Shown here piece by piece: positions 30,674 to 41,002 of a stretch of DNA of 64,000 bases. Within the stretch, counting starts at the first letter, position 1. Each line of letters opens with the position of its first letter. Made by a program: the position numbers and the translations under genes. The notes under the pieces were generated by a model. The model was not told the DNA's origin. It saw nothing but the letters and a program-made list of their open reading frames with translations, and searched no databases. The DNA comes from Candidatus Hydrogenedentota bacterium (GTDB lineage: Bacteria > Hydrogenedentota > Hydrogenedentia > Hydrogenedentales > SLHB01), in assembly GCA_045863335.1 (NCBI GenBank), contig BTVY01000002.1, positions 32,001 to 96,000 on the forward strand, read 5' to 3'.

Positions 30674-33154
30674 GTGCGGATTGGGTACTTTGTCGCGGCG
30701 TGGGCATTGATTGCTGTTTATGCGTTTGGATTTGCCCCTACGACCGACCAGGCTGACGTGTCCGTGCGGTATGCGACTCCCGAGCGGAACGTTCTGATTG
30801 TCGAAGGGCAGACTTACACGCTCCATCTGGACCTCGCTATCGCGGCCATCACGCAGTTCCAGGCCGGGGACGAAACGCTCATCGGCGAATACGCGATGCT
30901 GCCGACCTTGAATACGGGGGCGGTCAAAGGGCCCGGACGCATCAACATCTACAGCTTCGGCACGCAGATGTACGAGATTCATCTGCGCGACTTGAAGTGG
31001 ACCGATCTGGACGCCGACATCGAGATCGTTCTGTACTGCTACGCCAAGCGCGTGTTTGCCAACGTGAATGTGATTCCCCAGGGGGAAAGCCGGGACCTCG
31101 AAGTAGGCTGGCTGGGATCGGTAAAACACTCCGCGGACATCCTCAGCTATGAGGATGATTACGCCGTGAAACTCGCGTCTGGGGAGCAACGGCCCCGCAT
31201 CGCGGCGCTGGTTCCCCGCCACCAGACGCCCGACGGCCGGGGCGTGCCGACACGCATCGCATTGAATCCACCCGAGCGCTTGATGATCGGCAGCCGGTAT
31301 TCGGCGGGGTTCGAGGGTGTTCGGACGGCAGGTTTGATCCTGGTCGCGGGGGAAACGCACGAGAACCTGGTAAACATCGCGACGGTGGAGGCGTCCGCGG
31401 CACGGTATGAATTCACGGTTGCGGGAGGCCGGTACGATGGATACCGGGCGTTGAAGGGCTTTTACGAGGTCACGACGGAGTACCGGGGACCGCGCAGTTT
31501 TGAGACGGCGTGGGTGAATCCAAATCAGCGGTACGAAGTCGAATTGTCGGTATCGGCGCCGGAGGGCCTGCCGTCCGCCGAGCTGATCTGCAACGTGCGG
31601 AATGAGTACGGCGTTCTCGAAGCGGCAGTGCTGACGGACGAGGATGGGTTTCCCCTGCCGGTCCAAGTGCAGGTAAGCAAGAACTTCGGCGGAGAAAAAG
31701 AAGAAGGCGAAGCCGAGGGCGATGCGCCTTACGGCGAGTCTTACGTGCCGATTTCCGTTGCACCATCCGCGCCGTTCTCGGGAAAGGTCTACCACCTCTT
31801 CGGGAACTGGGGCACCCATCCTCTGAAGCAGATATCGTCCATTCGGTTCTATCACCACTACTTCCACGCTTCGCTGGGGCCTACAGAGACCTTTTGTTAC
31901 GTGCCGTTCGAATATCCGCGTGACGACGATCGCGACTACGTGATGGCCGATGTCCGGGGACTGTCAAACGATACGTGGCCGGGACAGCCCCAGCACGACC
32001 ATGTCTCGGTAATCGGAGCCTTGCGTTATAAGTCCGGTGGGAAGTGGGTGAACAATGTGCTTCAGGACACGCGCATCTATTTAACCGCTCCAAATCTTGC
32101 GAGCTTCGCGCTGGACTATCTGTCGGAAGACGGGAAGGTGAAAACGACGCTCGAGATATTCGAAGCGCCCCAGAACGATGAAGCGCGGAGTTTTGTGAAA
32201 ATGACGATGGACGTGCTCGAACCGGTGGAGATTGACGGTGGCAGCGCGCAGCATCTGCGCTTCCTGAACGCCGGCGCGTATATCGTCAATACGGTCTGGC
32301 CGAAGGTGGCCTACACTGCCGCGGACGGTGCGACGCAGATTGTGGATGTGACCGCGGATGACTCGTGGACCTTGGAGGCGGTGCCGATGGGCGACGGCGC
32401 CGTGTTCGCCGCGGCGTACCCTCACGAGCATGGCAACATGGCTTTCGTTGTTAACCGCGTCGAAGGTATGCTCGGCGGCAAGCCCATCTCGGCCTTTGGG
32501 TTGAGCTGTTTCGGCGGAGAGCATTGGACGGAGCTGTTCCTTACGGCACCGGAGAACCTGGAGCGGTTGGAGGCCGGCGACCACCTCGAATCGCACCTAT
32601 TTGTCATGCCCTATGGCAACGAAGACAGCGACTTCCTCGTCGCGGAGCGTCAAACGGAACTCTATGGCGAGGGCTTGGCGAAGGTCGAAGCAATTCATGG
32701 CGCGACGTTGCCGGGCTATCCTCCGCGCGTGCAAGCAGACCCGCGCGGCTTCGCGGAGTTTACGCTGTCTGGTGGATCGAACTGGGTACCCATTCTCGTC
32801 GAAGGATTCGATAGCCATCGCGGATTCATGTTGTGGGAGCAGACTGGTAACGAGTGGCTTTTCCACGATCAGCAGATCTACGGCAATGATTGGTATCAGA
32901 CCTACGCCGCTGAGGATGGTTCTGTCGGGGTCGTGATAGTCCTTAATGTGCGCCCCGGCCAATCGCATCACTACGTGATAACCCAGTGTGCGGAAGCAAA
33001 AAGCATCACGCAACGTAACGGATTTGTTACAATAGAGGGTGGACCCATGGATTTCATCAGTCCCGTCGCATTCACGGGATTGATCGGCGCTCCGTTGGAG
33101 GGCACTTCCTTGATTCGGTGCAGCGGTCTGGTATCGCAAGCGACACAGGAATAG
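30674..33154 (+). CDS. Large exported hypothetical protein
   Basis: Long ORF with host-like codon usage; GAAAGGAG RBS before GTG 30674; signal-peptide-like N-terminus; no family recognised. Confidence 0.7.
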   Translation: MRIGYFVAAWALIAVYAFGFAPTTDQADVSVRYATPERNVLIVEGQTYTLHLDLAIAAITQFQAGDETLIGEYAMLPTLNTGAVKGPGRINIYSFGTQMYEIHLRDLKWTDLDADIEIVLYCYAKRVFANVNVIPQGESRDLEVGWLGSVKHSADILSYEDDYAVKLASGEQRPRIAALVPRHQTPDGRGVPTRIALNPPERLMIGSRYSAGFEGVRTAGLILVAGETHENLVNIATVEASAARYEFTVAGGRYDGYRALKGFYEVTTEYRGPRSFETAWVNPNQRYEVELSVSAPEGLPSAELICNVRNEYGVLEAAVLTDEDGFPLPVQVQVSKNFGGEKEEGEAEGDAPYGESYVPISVAPSAPFSGKVYHLFGNWGTHPLKQISSIRFYHHYFHASLGPTETFCYVPFEYPRDDDRDYVMADVRGLSNDTWPGQPQHDHVSVIGALRYKSGGKWVNNVLQDTRIYLTAPNLASFALDYLSEDGKVKTTLEIFEAPQNDEARSFVKMTMDVLEPVEIDGGSAQHLRFLNAGAYIVNTVWPKVAYTAADGATQIVDVTADDSWTLEAVPMGDGAVFAAAYPHEHGNMAFVVNRVEGMLGGKPISAFGLSCFGGEHWTELFLTAPENLERLEAGDHLESHLFVMPYGNEDSDFLVAERQTELYGEGLAKVEAIHGATLPGYPPRVQADPRGFAEFTLSGGSNWVPILVEGFDSHRGFMLWEQTGNEWLFHDQQIYGNDWYQTYAAEDGSVGVVIVLNVRPGQSHHYVITQCAEAKSITQRNGFVTIEGGPMDFISPVAFTGLIGAPLEGTSLIRCSGLVSQATQE

Positions 33155-33164
33155 TCGATTCCCG

Positions 33165-35357
33165 ATGAGTTCACGGCAGCGACGAGAATCCGAACAACGT
33201 ATCCACGAGCTTGAAGCTCGCGTTGCCGAGCTGTCACGAGAAGTCGAGACGTTGCGCGCCGAGCGCCAACGGCTATCGAGAGGCGGCCGCCGGGCCAGCG
33301 ATCCTGCACCCCAAGAACCACCGATCCGCAGACGCCTCTGGTTGGGTCGCACGCTACTGCTTCTGACGGCAGCGATAGTCGGCCTCGCGGTTCGCGGCAC
33401 GATTGGCCGAGGACTGGCGGGCATCGGCCCATCGGAGGAGATCTGGCGGCGGTTAGCTTCGTTAGAAATAAATTACATCTTACTTGGGTACGCCTTCCTA
33501 TTTGTACTGGCGTTTTTTTCGCATCTTTCGAGACGATTTCTTACGTCCATATTCTTCTGCAGTACGTGTATTTACGCCACATATTGGACTTTCAATTCTA
33601 CCGTGCTGGACACACTGGGCCTGGGACCGCGTGGCGCGCTTATCGCCAGTACTTTATATTTTACTTTGTGCTATGGCGCAACGTCCTGGCTGGCAATTTA
33701 CGAGTCATTGGGCGCAGGCCGTGCGCGCACCCGGGCGATGTGGCTTTCCTTCTTCGCTACGGTCGCATACCTGACGACGCTGGTACTCATTATCAGAACG
33801 TACGCGGCGGATTCGGGATGGTATATCTACGTTGGCACGGCCATTTTGGCAGGATTCTTCGCGGTTCTCGCGGAATCGGTGGGCTCCCATCGGAATTACC
33901 TCTTTCAACTGTTTACGGCGACAGCGATTCTGCTCTGCAATGCCGCGCTCTACAGCTTGCTGAGTGAAGAGCGGCTACTCCTCGCGCTGGCGATAGAGTG
34001 TCTGGTTCTGGCGGCGGCGTACCACACGAGCGGCATCGTGGTCTTGAAAGTGCTCAACCTGGCTGCGTTAGCGGTGACCGTGGTCCTGGGGTTGCGCGTT
34101 ACCAAGCTGGGATCGCCGGTGCCGCTGGCGGGGGTGACGCTGCGGGAGAACTGGTTGTACGGGTTGTTTACCTGCGCCCTTCTCGTGTTTGCCGCCTACT
34201 ACTACCAGCGGCACATTCGGAGCCTGGACCGCCACGAACGGCGCTTGAGCGGGCACTGGTTTCTCGCGGATTCGTTCTGGGACGTGCCCTCGTCGACGGC
34301 GGGGCTGCTGCACAGCGCGGGCGCCGCGTTGATTGTGATGGTATTGACGATATCAGATTTCGGAGACCGGCCTTCTCTTCCCTATATCCTTGCGGCGGGC
34401 AGTGTGGTGTTCGCAGTGCTGGGCTTCGTTGCCCGTCTGCCCCAACTCGAGGTCGGGGCCGTGATGTTGGTCGTGGCCACGCATGTGAGCTATTACTTCT
34501 TCTGGGCCATTGGTAAGGAAGCTTTTTCCGATCAGCCCCACTTTCTGCTGTATACGCTTCTCGTACTTGGATTCACGTATTTCCTCGCGCACCGATGGGA
34601 GAAGTACCTCGAGGGATTGCGCAAGGGCCACCCATGGGAGCATTACTTCAGCGCGGCCATACCCTATCTCGTGGCAACCGCGATGCTGCTGACCGTGCTT
34701 TCACGACAAATCCTTCCGGCCTATGTACCCGTGGTGTACGGCGCCGCAGGCACGGCATTCGTACTCATCGGCGCGTTGACGTCCAGCGCGCCGGTGAAGA
34801 CCAGTGGTGTCTTTGCGCTCCTTGCAGGGGTCGGAATCTTCCTGGACCCGTATCTGACACGATTCGCGCTGCGGATGGCGCCGGAAGCCCAGTGGGGGAT
34901 CCCGATGGCGTTACTCGGGATGCTTGCCCTAGCCGAACGCGCCATGTTTTGGGGGCGTAAGACTGAGCGGAGCTTGGCCGTAACCGAGCGGTTCACGAGA
35001 ACGGTGCTGGTGCTTGTCTTTGCGTTCACTGGGTTTACCAGCGCCCGTGAATTCGGAACGCAGGACGGCCGGTATCTGCTATGGTTGGGGCTCGCACTGG
35101 TGTGTACGATTTTGGGGACACTATTCCGTGAGAACCGCTATCGTTGGAGCGCCTTAATCGTCATCGTCGGCGCGATGATCTGGACTTTTGGGTACGAACG
35201 GGTCATCTGGACCGAACGGCCCTCCGTCGTGTTTCTCGCCGGCGCGGTGGGGATACTCTTGTTGCTCGGCGGTACTTGGGGGTACTTCTTGCGCCACCCA
35301 GTGGCTCCGGCGCCGCCACCCGACCTGCCAGCCAAAGGCGTATCGACCGATGGATGA
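33165..35357 (+). CDS. Polytopic membrane protein (DUF2339-like)
   Basis: N-terminal coiled coil then many TM helices; overlaps cca start. Confidence 0.65.
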   Translation: MSSRQRRESEQRIHELEARVAELSREVETLRAERQRLSRGGRRASDPAPQEPPIRRRLWLGRTLLLLTAAIVGLAVRGTIGRGLAGIGPSEEIWRRLASLEINYILLGYAFLFVLAFFSHLSRRFLTSIFFCSTCIYATYWTFNSTVLDTLGLGPRGALIASTLYFTLCYGATSWLAIYESLGAGRARTRAMWLSFFATVAYLTTLVLIIRTYAADSGWYIYVGTAILAGFFAVLAESVGSHRNYLFQLFTATAILLCNAALYSLLSEERLLLALAIECLVLAAAYHTSGIVVLKVLNLAALAVTVVLGLRVTKLGSPVPLAGVTLRENWLYGLFTCALLVFAAYYYQRHIRSLDRHERRLSGHWFLADSFWDVPSSTAGLLHSAGAALIVMVLTISDFGDRPSLPYILAAGSVVFAVLGFVARLPQLEVGAVMLVVATHVSYYFFWAIGKEAFSDQPHFLLYTLLVLGFTYFLAHRWEKYLEGLRKGHPWEHYFSAAIPYLVATAMLLTVLSRQILPAYVPVVYGAAGTAFVLIGALTSSAPVKTSGVFALLAGVGIFLDPYLTRFALRMAPEAQWGIPMALLGMLALAERAMFWGRKTERSLAVTERFTRTVLVLVFAFTGFTSAREFGTQDGRYLLWLGLALVCTILGTLFRENRYRWSALIVIVGAMIWTFGYERVIWTERPSVVFLAGAVGILLLLGGTWGYFLRHPVAPAPPPDLPAKGVSTDG

Positions 35358-36669
35358 GCGACGGGCGGCCGCGGAACGCATCTGCGGCGTGCTTCGCGAG
35401 CGGGGATTCCGAGCACTGTTTGCGGGCGGCTGCGTTCGCGACATGGCATTGGGAATCCCGCCGAAAGACTTCGATATTGCGACCGATGCCAAACCAGACG
35501 ACGTGGCGTCCCTCTTTTCACGAACTGTGGGGGTGGGTGCGGCTTTCGGTGTTGTTCTAGTGCTCATGCCTGAAGGACCTGTCGAGGTTGCCACGTTTCG
35601 GGGTGATGGCCCGTATCTGGACGGACGGCACCCCAGTTCGGTCGAGTTCCTGAGTGAACGGGATGACGCCTTGCGGCGTGACTTCACCGTAAACGCCATG
35701 TTCTACGACCCAGTGGCCGAGATGGTGGTCGACTACGTAGGGGGACAGGCTGATCTGAAGGCCGGCATCATTCGCGCGGTGGGAGATCCGGCAACCCGGT
35801 TCGCGGAAGATCACCTGCGCCTGTTGCGGGCAGTGCGCTTCACGGCGCGACTCGGCTTTGAAATGGACCCGCCCACGCTTGCCGCGGTGCGCGAGTTGGC
35901 ACCGTCGATACGGACGGTCAGCGCGGAACGCGTTCGGGACGAGCTAACGAAGATGCTCACCGAAGGCGGAGCGCGACGGGCGTTTGAGTTGCTCGATGCG
36001 GCGGGCCTGCTTGAACAGGTGTTGCCCGAGGTCAGCCGCATGAAGGGCGTCCCGCAGCCGCCGGAGTTTCACCCGGAAGGCGACGTGTTCGTGCACACGC
36101 TGCTGCTGCTTGATCATTTGAAGGGAGCCTCGCCTACGTTGGCGTACGGCGCGCTCCTGCACGATATCGGCAAGCCGGAGACAATCACCTTTGCGGACCG
36201 AATCCGGTTCAACAACCATGACAGAATCGGCGCCGAGTTGGCACGGAAGATCTGCCGCCGGCTGCACATGCCCAATGAAGATACGAATCGCATCGAGTGG
36301 CTGGTAGACCAACACATGCGGCTGGCACACGCACCGAACATGCGGCCCAGCAAACTCAAGCGTTTTGTCCGCGAAGAGGGGTTCCGGGAGTTACTGGAGC
36401 TGGGGCGCATCGACTGTCTGGCGAGCCATGGTGACCTGGACACCATTGACTGGATCGAAGACTATCTCGCTCATCACACGGAGGAGGAGTATCGTCCCGA
36501 TCCGCTGGTGACGGGCAAGGATCTTATCGCGATGGGATACAAGCCTGGTCCGCTATTCAAAACCATCCTGGCCGCCGTGGAAGACGCGCAATTGGAGGGA
36601 CAGGTGACCACACCCGAGGAAGCGCGCGGGTTGGTCTCCGGACGATGGCCGCTGGAATTGGACTTATGA
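35350..36669 (+). CDS. cca: CCA-adding tRNA nucleotidyltransferase with HD domain
   Basis: GGCVRD, DFDIAT, EVATFR..Y.DGRHP flexible loop, RRDFTVNAM, EDHLR, LLHDIGK. Confidence 0.85.
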   Translation: MDERRAAAERICGVLRERGFRALFAGGCVRDMALGIPPKDFDIATDAKPDDVASLFSRTVGVGAAFGVVLVLMPEGPVEVATFRGDGPYLDGRHPSSVEFLSERDDALRRDFTVNAMFYDPVAEMVVDYVGGQADLKAGIIRAVGDPATRFAEDHLRLLRAVRFTARLGFEMDPPTLAAVRELAPSIRTVSAERVRDELTKMLTEGGARRAFELLDAAGLLEQVLPEVSRMKGVPQPPEFHPEGDVFVHTLLLLDHLKGASPTLAYGALLHDIGKPETITFADRIRFNNHDRIGAELARKICRRLHMPNEDTNRIEWLVDQHMRLAHAPNMRPSKLKRFVREEGFRELLELGRIDCLASHGDLDTIDWIEDYLAHHTEEEYRPDPLVTGKDLIAMGYKPGPLFKTILAAVEDAQLEGQVTTPEEARGLVSGRWPLELDL

Positions 36670-38217
36670 GGCGACCAGGGTCTGCGTCGGAATCGCGATA
36701 GTGAAGGTGGAGCCTTTGCCGCGTTTACTTGCGAACGTAATGGTGCCGCCATGTTCGCGAATGATTTTCTGCGAACAGGCCAGGCCCAGGCCGGTACCTC
36801 GGGAGCCTTTCGTGGTGGCGAAGGCGGTGAACAAACGATCATACATTTCATCTGGTATGCCGCACCCGTTGTCCTGGACGTCGACACAGTAGTGGGTGTC
36901 GTCGCTGCGGGTTCGAATGGTTACTTCCCCCCCGTTTTCTTCACAGGCGTCGATGGCATTGCTTACGAGATTGAGAATGGCGCGATACACGCCCAGGCTA
37001 TCCAGGGGCAGGGGCCGTAGTTCGCTTTTTTCAACCTTCACCGTGACTTTTGCGAGCGCGGCTTGGGCCGCAACGGTATCCTTGATTTCGTCGATCAGGA
37101 GATTCAGGTCCGTGTTGGTCCGCTCCCCGCGCTGGTGGCGTGAATAGGTGAGCAAATTGAGCACGAGATCTTCAATGCGATCCACCGAGCGGCGAATCAG
37201 AGGCCATCCCTTTTGGATGTACTTCATTTCGTTGGTTTCGAGCGCCAGGTCGACGAACTCGGCGCCGCCCTTGATTCCGACGAGCATATTCTTTACGCAA
37301 TGGCCTAGTCCCGCAGTGGCTTGACCAATCGCAGAGAGCCGTTCCGTTTCGACCAGTTCCTGGTGGAGCTGGGCATTTTCAACGGCCACCCCGGCGACGC
37401 GGCCGATGGCCGTGAGAAGTTTCAAGTGGTCATTTTTGAAGACGACGTCGCTCGCGCCGGAGTCGACGTAAATGGCGCCGACAATTTCTTCGCGTCCGCA
37501 CAAGGGCACGCACATCGCGGCATGAATGCCGTGGACGACGACGCTTTCCGAACTGGAGAAATCTTCATGGGCATCCAGGGTCAACACTGAGTTGCGGTGC
37601 TCGAAAACGTGGTCGATCAAGGTACGGCTGAGGGGCAGGCTTCCGTTACGATCGTCGCGCGGGAGGCTGGCTCTCACGTCGGGGGACTTGTCGTGGGAGT
37701 CGAGCGTAAGAATGAACCCCCGCTTCACCGGCAAGGCCTCGAAGATGAGTTCGAGCAAGCGGTTCAGGAGATCGTCGAGGTCAAATATGGTACCGAGCAA
37801 CTGGGAAGCTTTGTAGAGAATAATCAAGCGATTGAAGTCCGGCTCTTTCAGCATGCGCGCGTACATGTCGCCGGCCTTCTCAAAGCTGATCGTCGCGCCC
37901 GTATCGGGTTTATCCTTATGCCGCGTTACCTTTGCGATACGGAAGGTGTGAGTGCCAACGGTGAACTCATCTCCCTCGTCAACCCGGAGACGAGAGACCT
38001 TCTGGCCGTTGACCAGGATGCCGTTGCGGGCGCCGAGGTCTTCGACTTTGACACTCTTGCCGTCGTTCCAGACGCGCGCGTGGCGCCGGGAGACCATGGA
38101 ATCTACCAGTACTACGTCGCATTCGGAAGCGCGGCCGATGACTAGACCTTCAGTGTTGATATCGTAAGTGCTGAGGTGTTTGTCACCTTGGTGGAGAATC
38201 AATTCGTACTGCGGCAT
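36664..38217 (-). CDS. FHA-GAF sensor histidine kinase
   Basis: FHA IGR..SRRHA..RNG, GAF MCVPL..GAIYVD, H-box GLGHCVKN, NAIDA, DNGCG, GTGLGL. Confidence 0.88.
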   Translation of the reverse strand: MPQYELILHQGDKHLSTYDINTEGLVIGRASECDVVLVDSMVSRRHARVWNDGKSVKVEDLGARNGILVNGQKVSRLRVDEGDEFTVGTHTFRIAKVTRHKDKPDTGATISFEKAGDMYARMLKEPDFNRLIILYKASQLLGTIFDLDDLLNRLLELIFEALPVKRGFILTLDSHDKSPDVRASLPRDDRNGSLPLSRTLIDHVFEHRNSVLTLDAHEDFSSSESVVVHGIHAAMCVPLCGREEIVGAIYVDSGASDVVFKNDHLKLLTAIGRVAGVAVENAQLHQELVETERLSAIGQATAGLGHCVKNMLVGIKGGAEFVDLALETNEMKYIQKGWPLIRRSVDRIEDLVLNLLTYSRHQRGERTNTDLNLLIDEIKDTVAAQAALAKVTVKVEKSELRPLPLDSLGVYRAILNLVSNAIDACEENGGEVTIRTRSDDTHYCVDVQDNGCGIPDEMYDRLFTAFATTKGSRGTGLGLACSQKIIREHGGTITFASKRGKGSTFTIAIPTQTLVAS

Positions 38218-38460
38218 AGGCCTCCCTTGCGGCACAAGATGTTACTGCTAAAAACCTTATGGAATCCACCCAGAACTCTTGCAGTCTTAAGCGAATCCCG
38301 ATGCGTTGGCATGGCCAGACTTCAATTCGTCGCTGCGACGCTATTCCCCCGTATTTTATCACGTTTGAAACAGGCCTGTGGAATACCACGCCTCGAGATA
38401 GCGCTTGCAGCGGAGAAATACTGATGTTATATTCAGATGGTCAATCACTGGAATCAGCTC

Positions 38461-40728
38461 ATGAACGTAGCACAAATCGTCGACCGATTGCAGAAGGACC
38501 CGGAAATCCGCAGGAATCAGACTGCCTGGCGGGTGATGCCGGCCAAGCCGGCCCGGTACGCGGATTTCCCCACAAACCTGAATCCGAAACTGGTTGCGGC
38601 CATGGGCAAGCGGGGCATCCATCACCTTTACACGCATCAGCGCGATGCCGTGGACGCGGTATTGGCTGGGTCGCACGTGTGTATCGTCACGCCGACGGCT
38701 TCGGGCAAGACCCTGTGTTACAACGTGCCAGTCTTGAACCGACTCATGGCGAACTCGGATGCGAGGGCGCTGTATCTGTTTCCGACCAAGGCCTTGTCCC
38801 AGGATCAGGTCAATGAGCTGAAGACGACCATCGACGACCTTGAGGTCAAGATCGGGACGTACACGTTCGATGGGGATACACCCGCCTCCGCGCGCAAGGC
38901 GATCCGAAACGCGGGGCATATAGTCGTAACGAATCCGGACATGCTTCATACGGGGATCCTCCCCCATCATACGATTTGGATGAAGCTGTTCGAGAACCTG
39001 GAGTTTGTTGTAATTGACGAGCTTCACCATTACCGGGGCGTATTCGGGAGTCATCTGTCCAACGTGCTGCGGCGGCTCAAACGCATTTGTGCGTTTTATG
39101 GGTCGAAACCGACGTTCATCTGTTGCAGCGCGACCATTAACAATCCGCAGGAAATGGCCGAGCGGATCGTAGAGGAGCCGGTCACGCTTATTGACAACAA
39201 CGGCGCGCCAACCGGGGAGCGGCATTTTCTGTTCTACAATCCGCCGGTGGTAAATGCGGAACTGGGGATTCGGCTGTCGTCCGTGAAGGAAGCCAACCGG
39301 CTCGCCAAAGAGATGTTGTCGCGAGATATTCAATCCATCGTGTTCGCGCGGAGCCGGTTGCGGGTCGAGATCCTGACGACCTATCTCAAAGAAGCGGTCC
39401 GCAAGATGGGTAAGGACCACAACCTTGTGCGCGGATACCGCGGCGGGTATCTGCCGACCGAGCGGCGGGCGATTGAGAAGGGGTTGCGCGACGGCGAGAT
39501 CATGGCGGTAGTAAGCACGAATGCGCTGGAACTGGGGATCGACATCGGGTCGCTGGACGTATGCATCATGACCGGGTACTCCGGCAGCGTTGCGAGCACG
39601 TGGCAACAGGCCGGGCGCGCGGGACGGCGGTCGGGGGTATCGCTGGTGATCCTCGTGGCGTCGAGCGCGCCGTTGGACCAGTACATCATCAACCACCCGG
39701 AGTACTTCTTCGAGCAGACGCCGGAAAGCGCGACGGTCGACCCGAATAATCTGATCATCATGACGAGCCATTTGAAATGCGCGGCCTTTGAGATCCCGTT
39801 CAAGGAAGGGGAGGCCTTCGGAATGGACGCGGCCTCGACGCGCGAGATTCTGGAATTCCTATCCGAGCAGCGCGTGTTGCGGCACGTGCGCGACAAGTGG
39901 CACTGGAGCGCGGATACCTATCCCGCGGAAGACATCAGCCTGCGCACCGCCGCGCCGGGGAACGTGGTGATCCTCGACACGTCGCAGAACGGCAGGGTCA
40001 TCGTGGAGATCGATCTGTTCGCGGCGCCGACAGAGGTCTATCAAAACGCGATCTACTTGCACCAGAGCGCGCAGTATACGATCGATCATTTGGACCTGGA
40101 GGATCGGAAAGCCTACGCGCGGCCTGTGGACGTTGATTACTACACGGACGCGCAGATCAAGGTCGATGTGAAAGTGCTGGACACCTTCCGGGAAGAGTCC
40201 GTGGGCGACGCGACGAAGCGGACCGGCGAAGTGAGCGTGACGTGGTTGCCGAGCATTTATAAGAAGATCAAGTTCGGTACCCACGAAAACGTGGGCTGGG
40301 GCGAGATCGATTTGCCGGAATCGACGATGCACACGACGGGGTACTGGATCGAGTTTCCCGAAGACGTCGCGGCGCGGTTGGATATCAAGCAGCAGGAGCT
40401 TGGCGAGGCCTTGCACGGTCTGGCCAATACCTTGCGGCAGGTTGCGCCGGTGCAGGTCTTGTGCGATCCGACCGATATCCGCGCGCTAGGGATGCTACGG
40501 GCGCCGTTTTCGGAATTGCCCACAGTATACTTGTATGAGACCTATCCCGGCGGCGTTGGGTTCAGCGAGAAGTTGTTTACCCACCACCGGCAATTGGTGG
40601 AAGCCGCCATCTCGCTCATCAGCCGATGCAGTTGCAAGGAAGGCTGTCCCAGTTGCGTTGGGCCGGGGCTGGAAGTCGGGGCCAAAGGTAAGCACGGCGC
40701 GCTCATACTGGCGCGGTTGGCGTTGTGA
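38461..40728 (+). CDS. mrfA: DEAD/DEAH helicase with DUF1998 C-terminus (YprA/SftH/Hrq1 family)
   Basis: TPTASGKT, DELH, SAT, ALELGIDIG, QQAGRAGR, C-terminal CSCKEGCPSC; upstream of YprB-like gene. Confidence 0.85.
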   Translation: MNVAQIVDRLQKDPEIRRNQTAWRVMPAKPARYADFPTNLNPKLVAAMGKRGIHHLYTHQRDAVDAVLAGSHVCIVTPTASGKTLCYNVPVLNRLMANSDARALYLFPTKALSQDQVNELKTTIDDLEVKIGTYTFDGDTPASARKAIRNAGHIVVTNPDMLHTGILPHHTIWMKLFENLEFVVIDELHHYRGVFGSHLSNVLRRLKRICAFYGSKPTFICCSATINNPQEMAERIVEEPVTLIDNNGAPTGERHFLFYNPPVVNAELGIRLSSVKEANRLAKEMLSRDIQSIVFARSRLRVEILTTYLKEAVRKMGKDHNLVRGYRGGYLPTERRAIEKGLRDGEIMAVVSTNALELGIDIGSLDVCIMTGYSGSVASTWQQAGRAGRRSGVSLVILVASSAPLDQYIINHPEYFFEQTPESATVDPNNLIIMTSHLKCAAFEIPFKEGEAFGMDAASTREILEFLSEQRVLRHVRDKWHWSADTYPAEDISLRTAAPGNVVILDTSQNGRVIVEIDLFAAPTEVYQNAIYLHQSAQYTIDHLDLEDRKAYARPVDVDYYTDAQIKVDVKVLDTFREESVGDATKRTGEVSVTWLPSIYKKIKFGTHENVGWGEIDLPESTMHTTGYWIEFPEDVAARLDIKQQELGEALHGLANTLRQVAPVQVLCDPTDIRALGMLRAPFSELPTVYLYETYPGGVGFSEKLFTHHRQLVEAAISLISRCSCKEGCPSCVGPGLEVGAKGKHGALILARLAL

Positions 40729-40791
40729 ATACACGACCGGGCGAGAGAAATTCGCGCATGCTATGGAAGTCGAGAATGCTCTGGACAACTC

Positions 40792-40965
40792 AACATCCCC
40801 CTCGGCCCTTCGGACCTGCCCCCTTCAAAGGGGGATTTTTCGCGGCCGCTTTGCGGCGCGGAAGCGGATCGTTCAGGTACTTGACTCGCGCAGATTCAGC
40901 TTTGAACGCTCGAACGACTACGATGGGCACAACTCCCCCTTCGAAGGGGGATCAAGGGGGATGTT
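40792..40965. repeat. Second copy of family A REP/MITE-like element
   Basis: AACATCCCCC...GCCCCCTTCAAAGGGGGA and inverted TCCCCCTTCGAAGGGGGATCAAGGGGGATGTT. Confidence 0.75.
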
Positions 40966-41002
40966 CTTCCTCGTCGTTCCCAATGCACTTGGACGGCAAA
41001 TC

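Noticed and set aside
35350-36669. Poly(A) polymerase or CC-only enzyme
   Set aside because: The EDxxR template motif and full flexible loop are present, consistent with a CCA-adding enzyme.
40535-41002. N-terminal extension of the YprB-like ORF
   Set aside because: Overlaps the helicase gene and runs through a REP element; the plausible start is ATG 41003.
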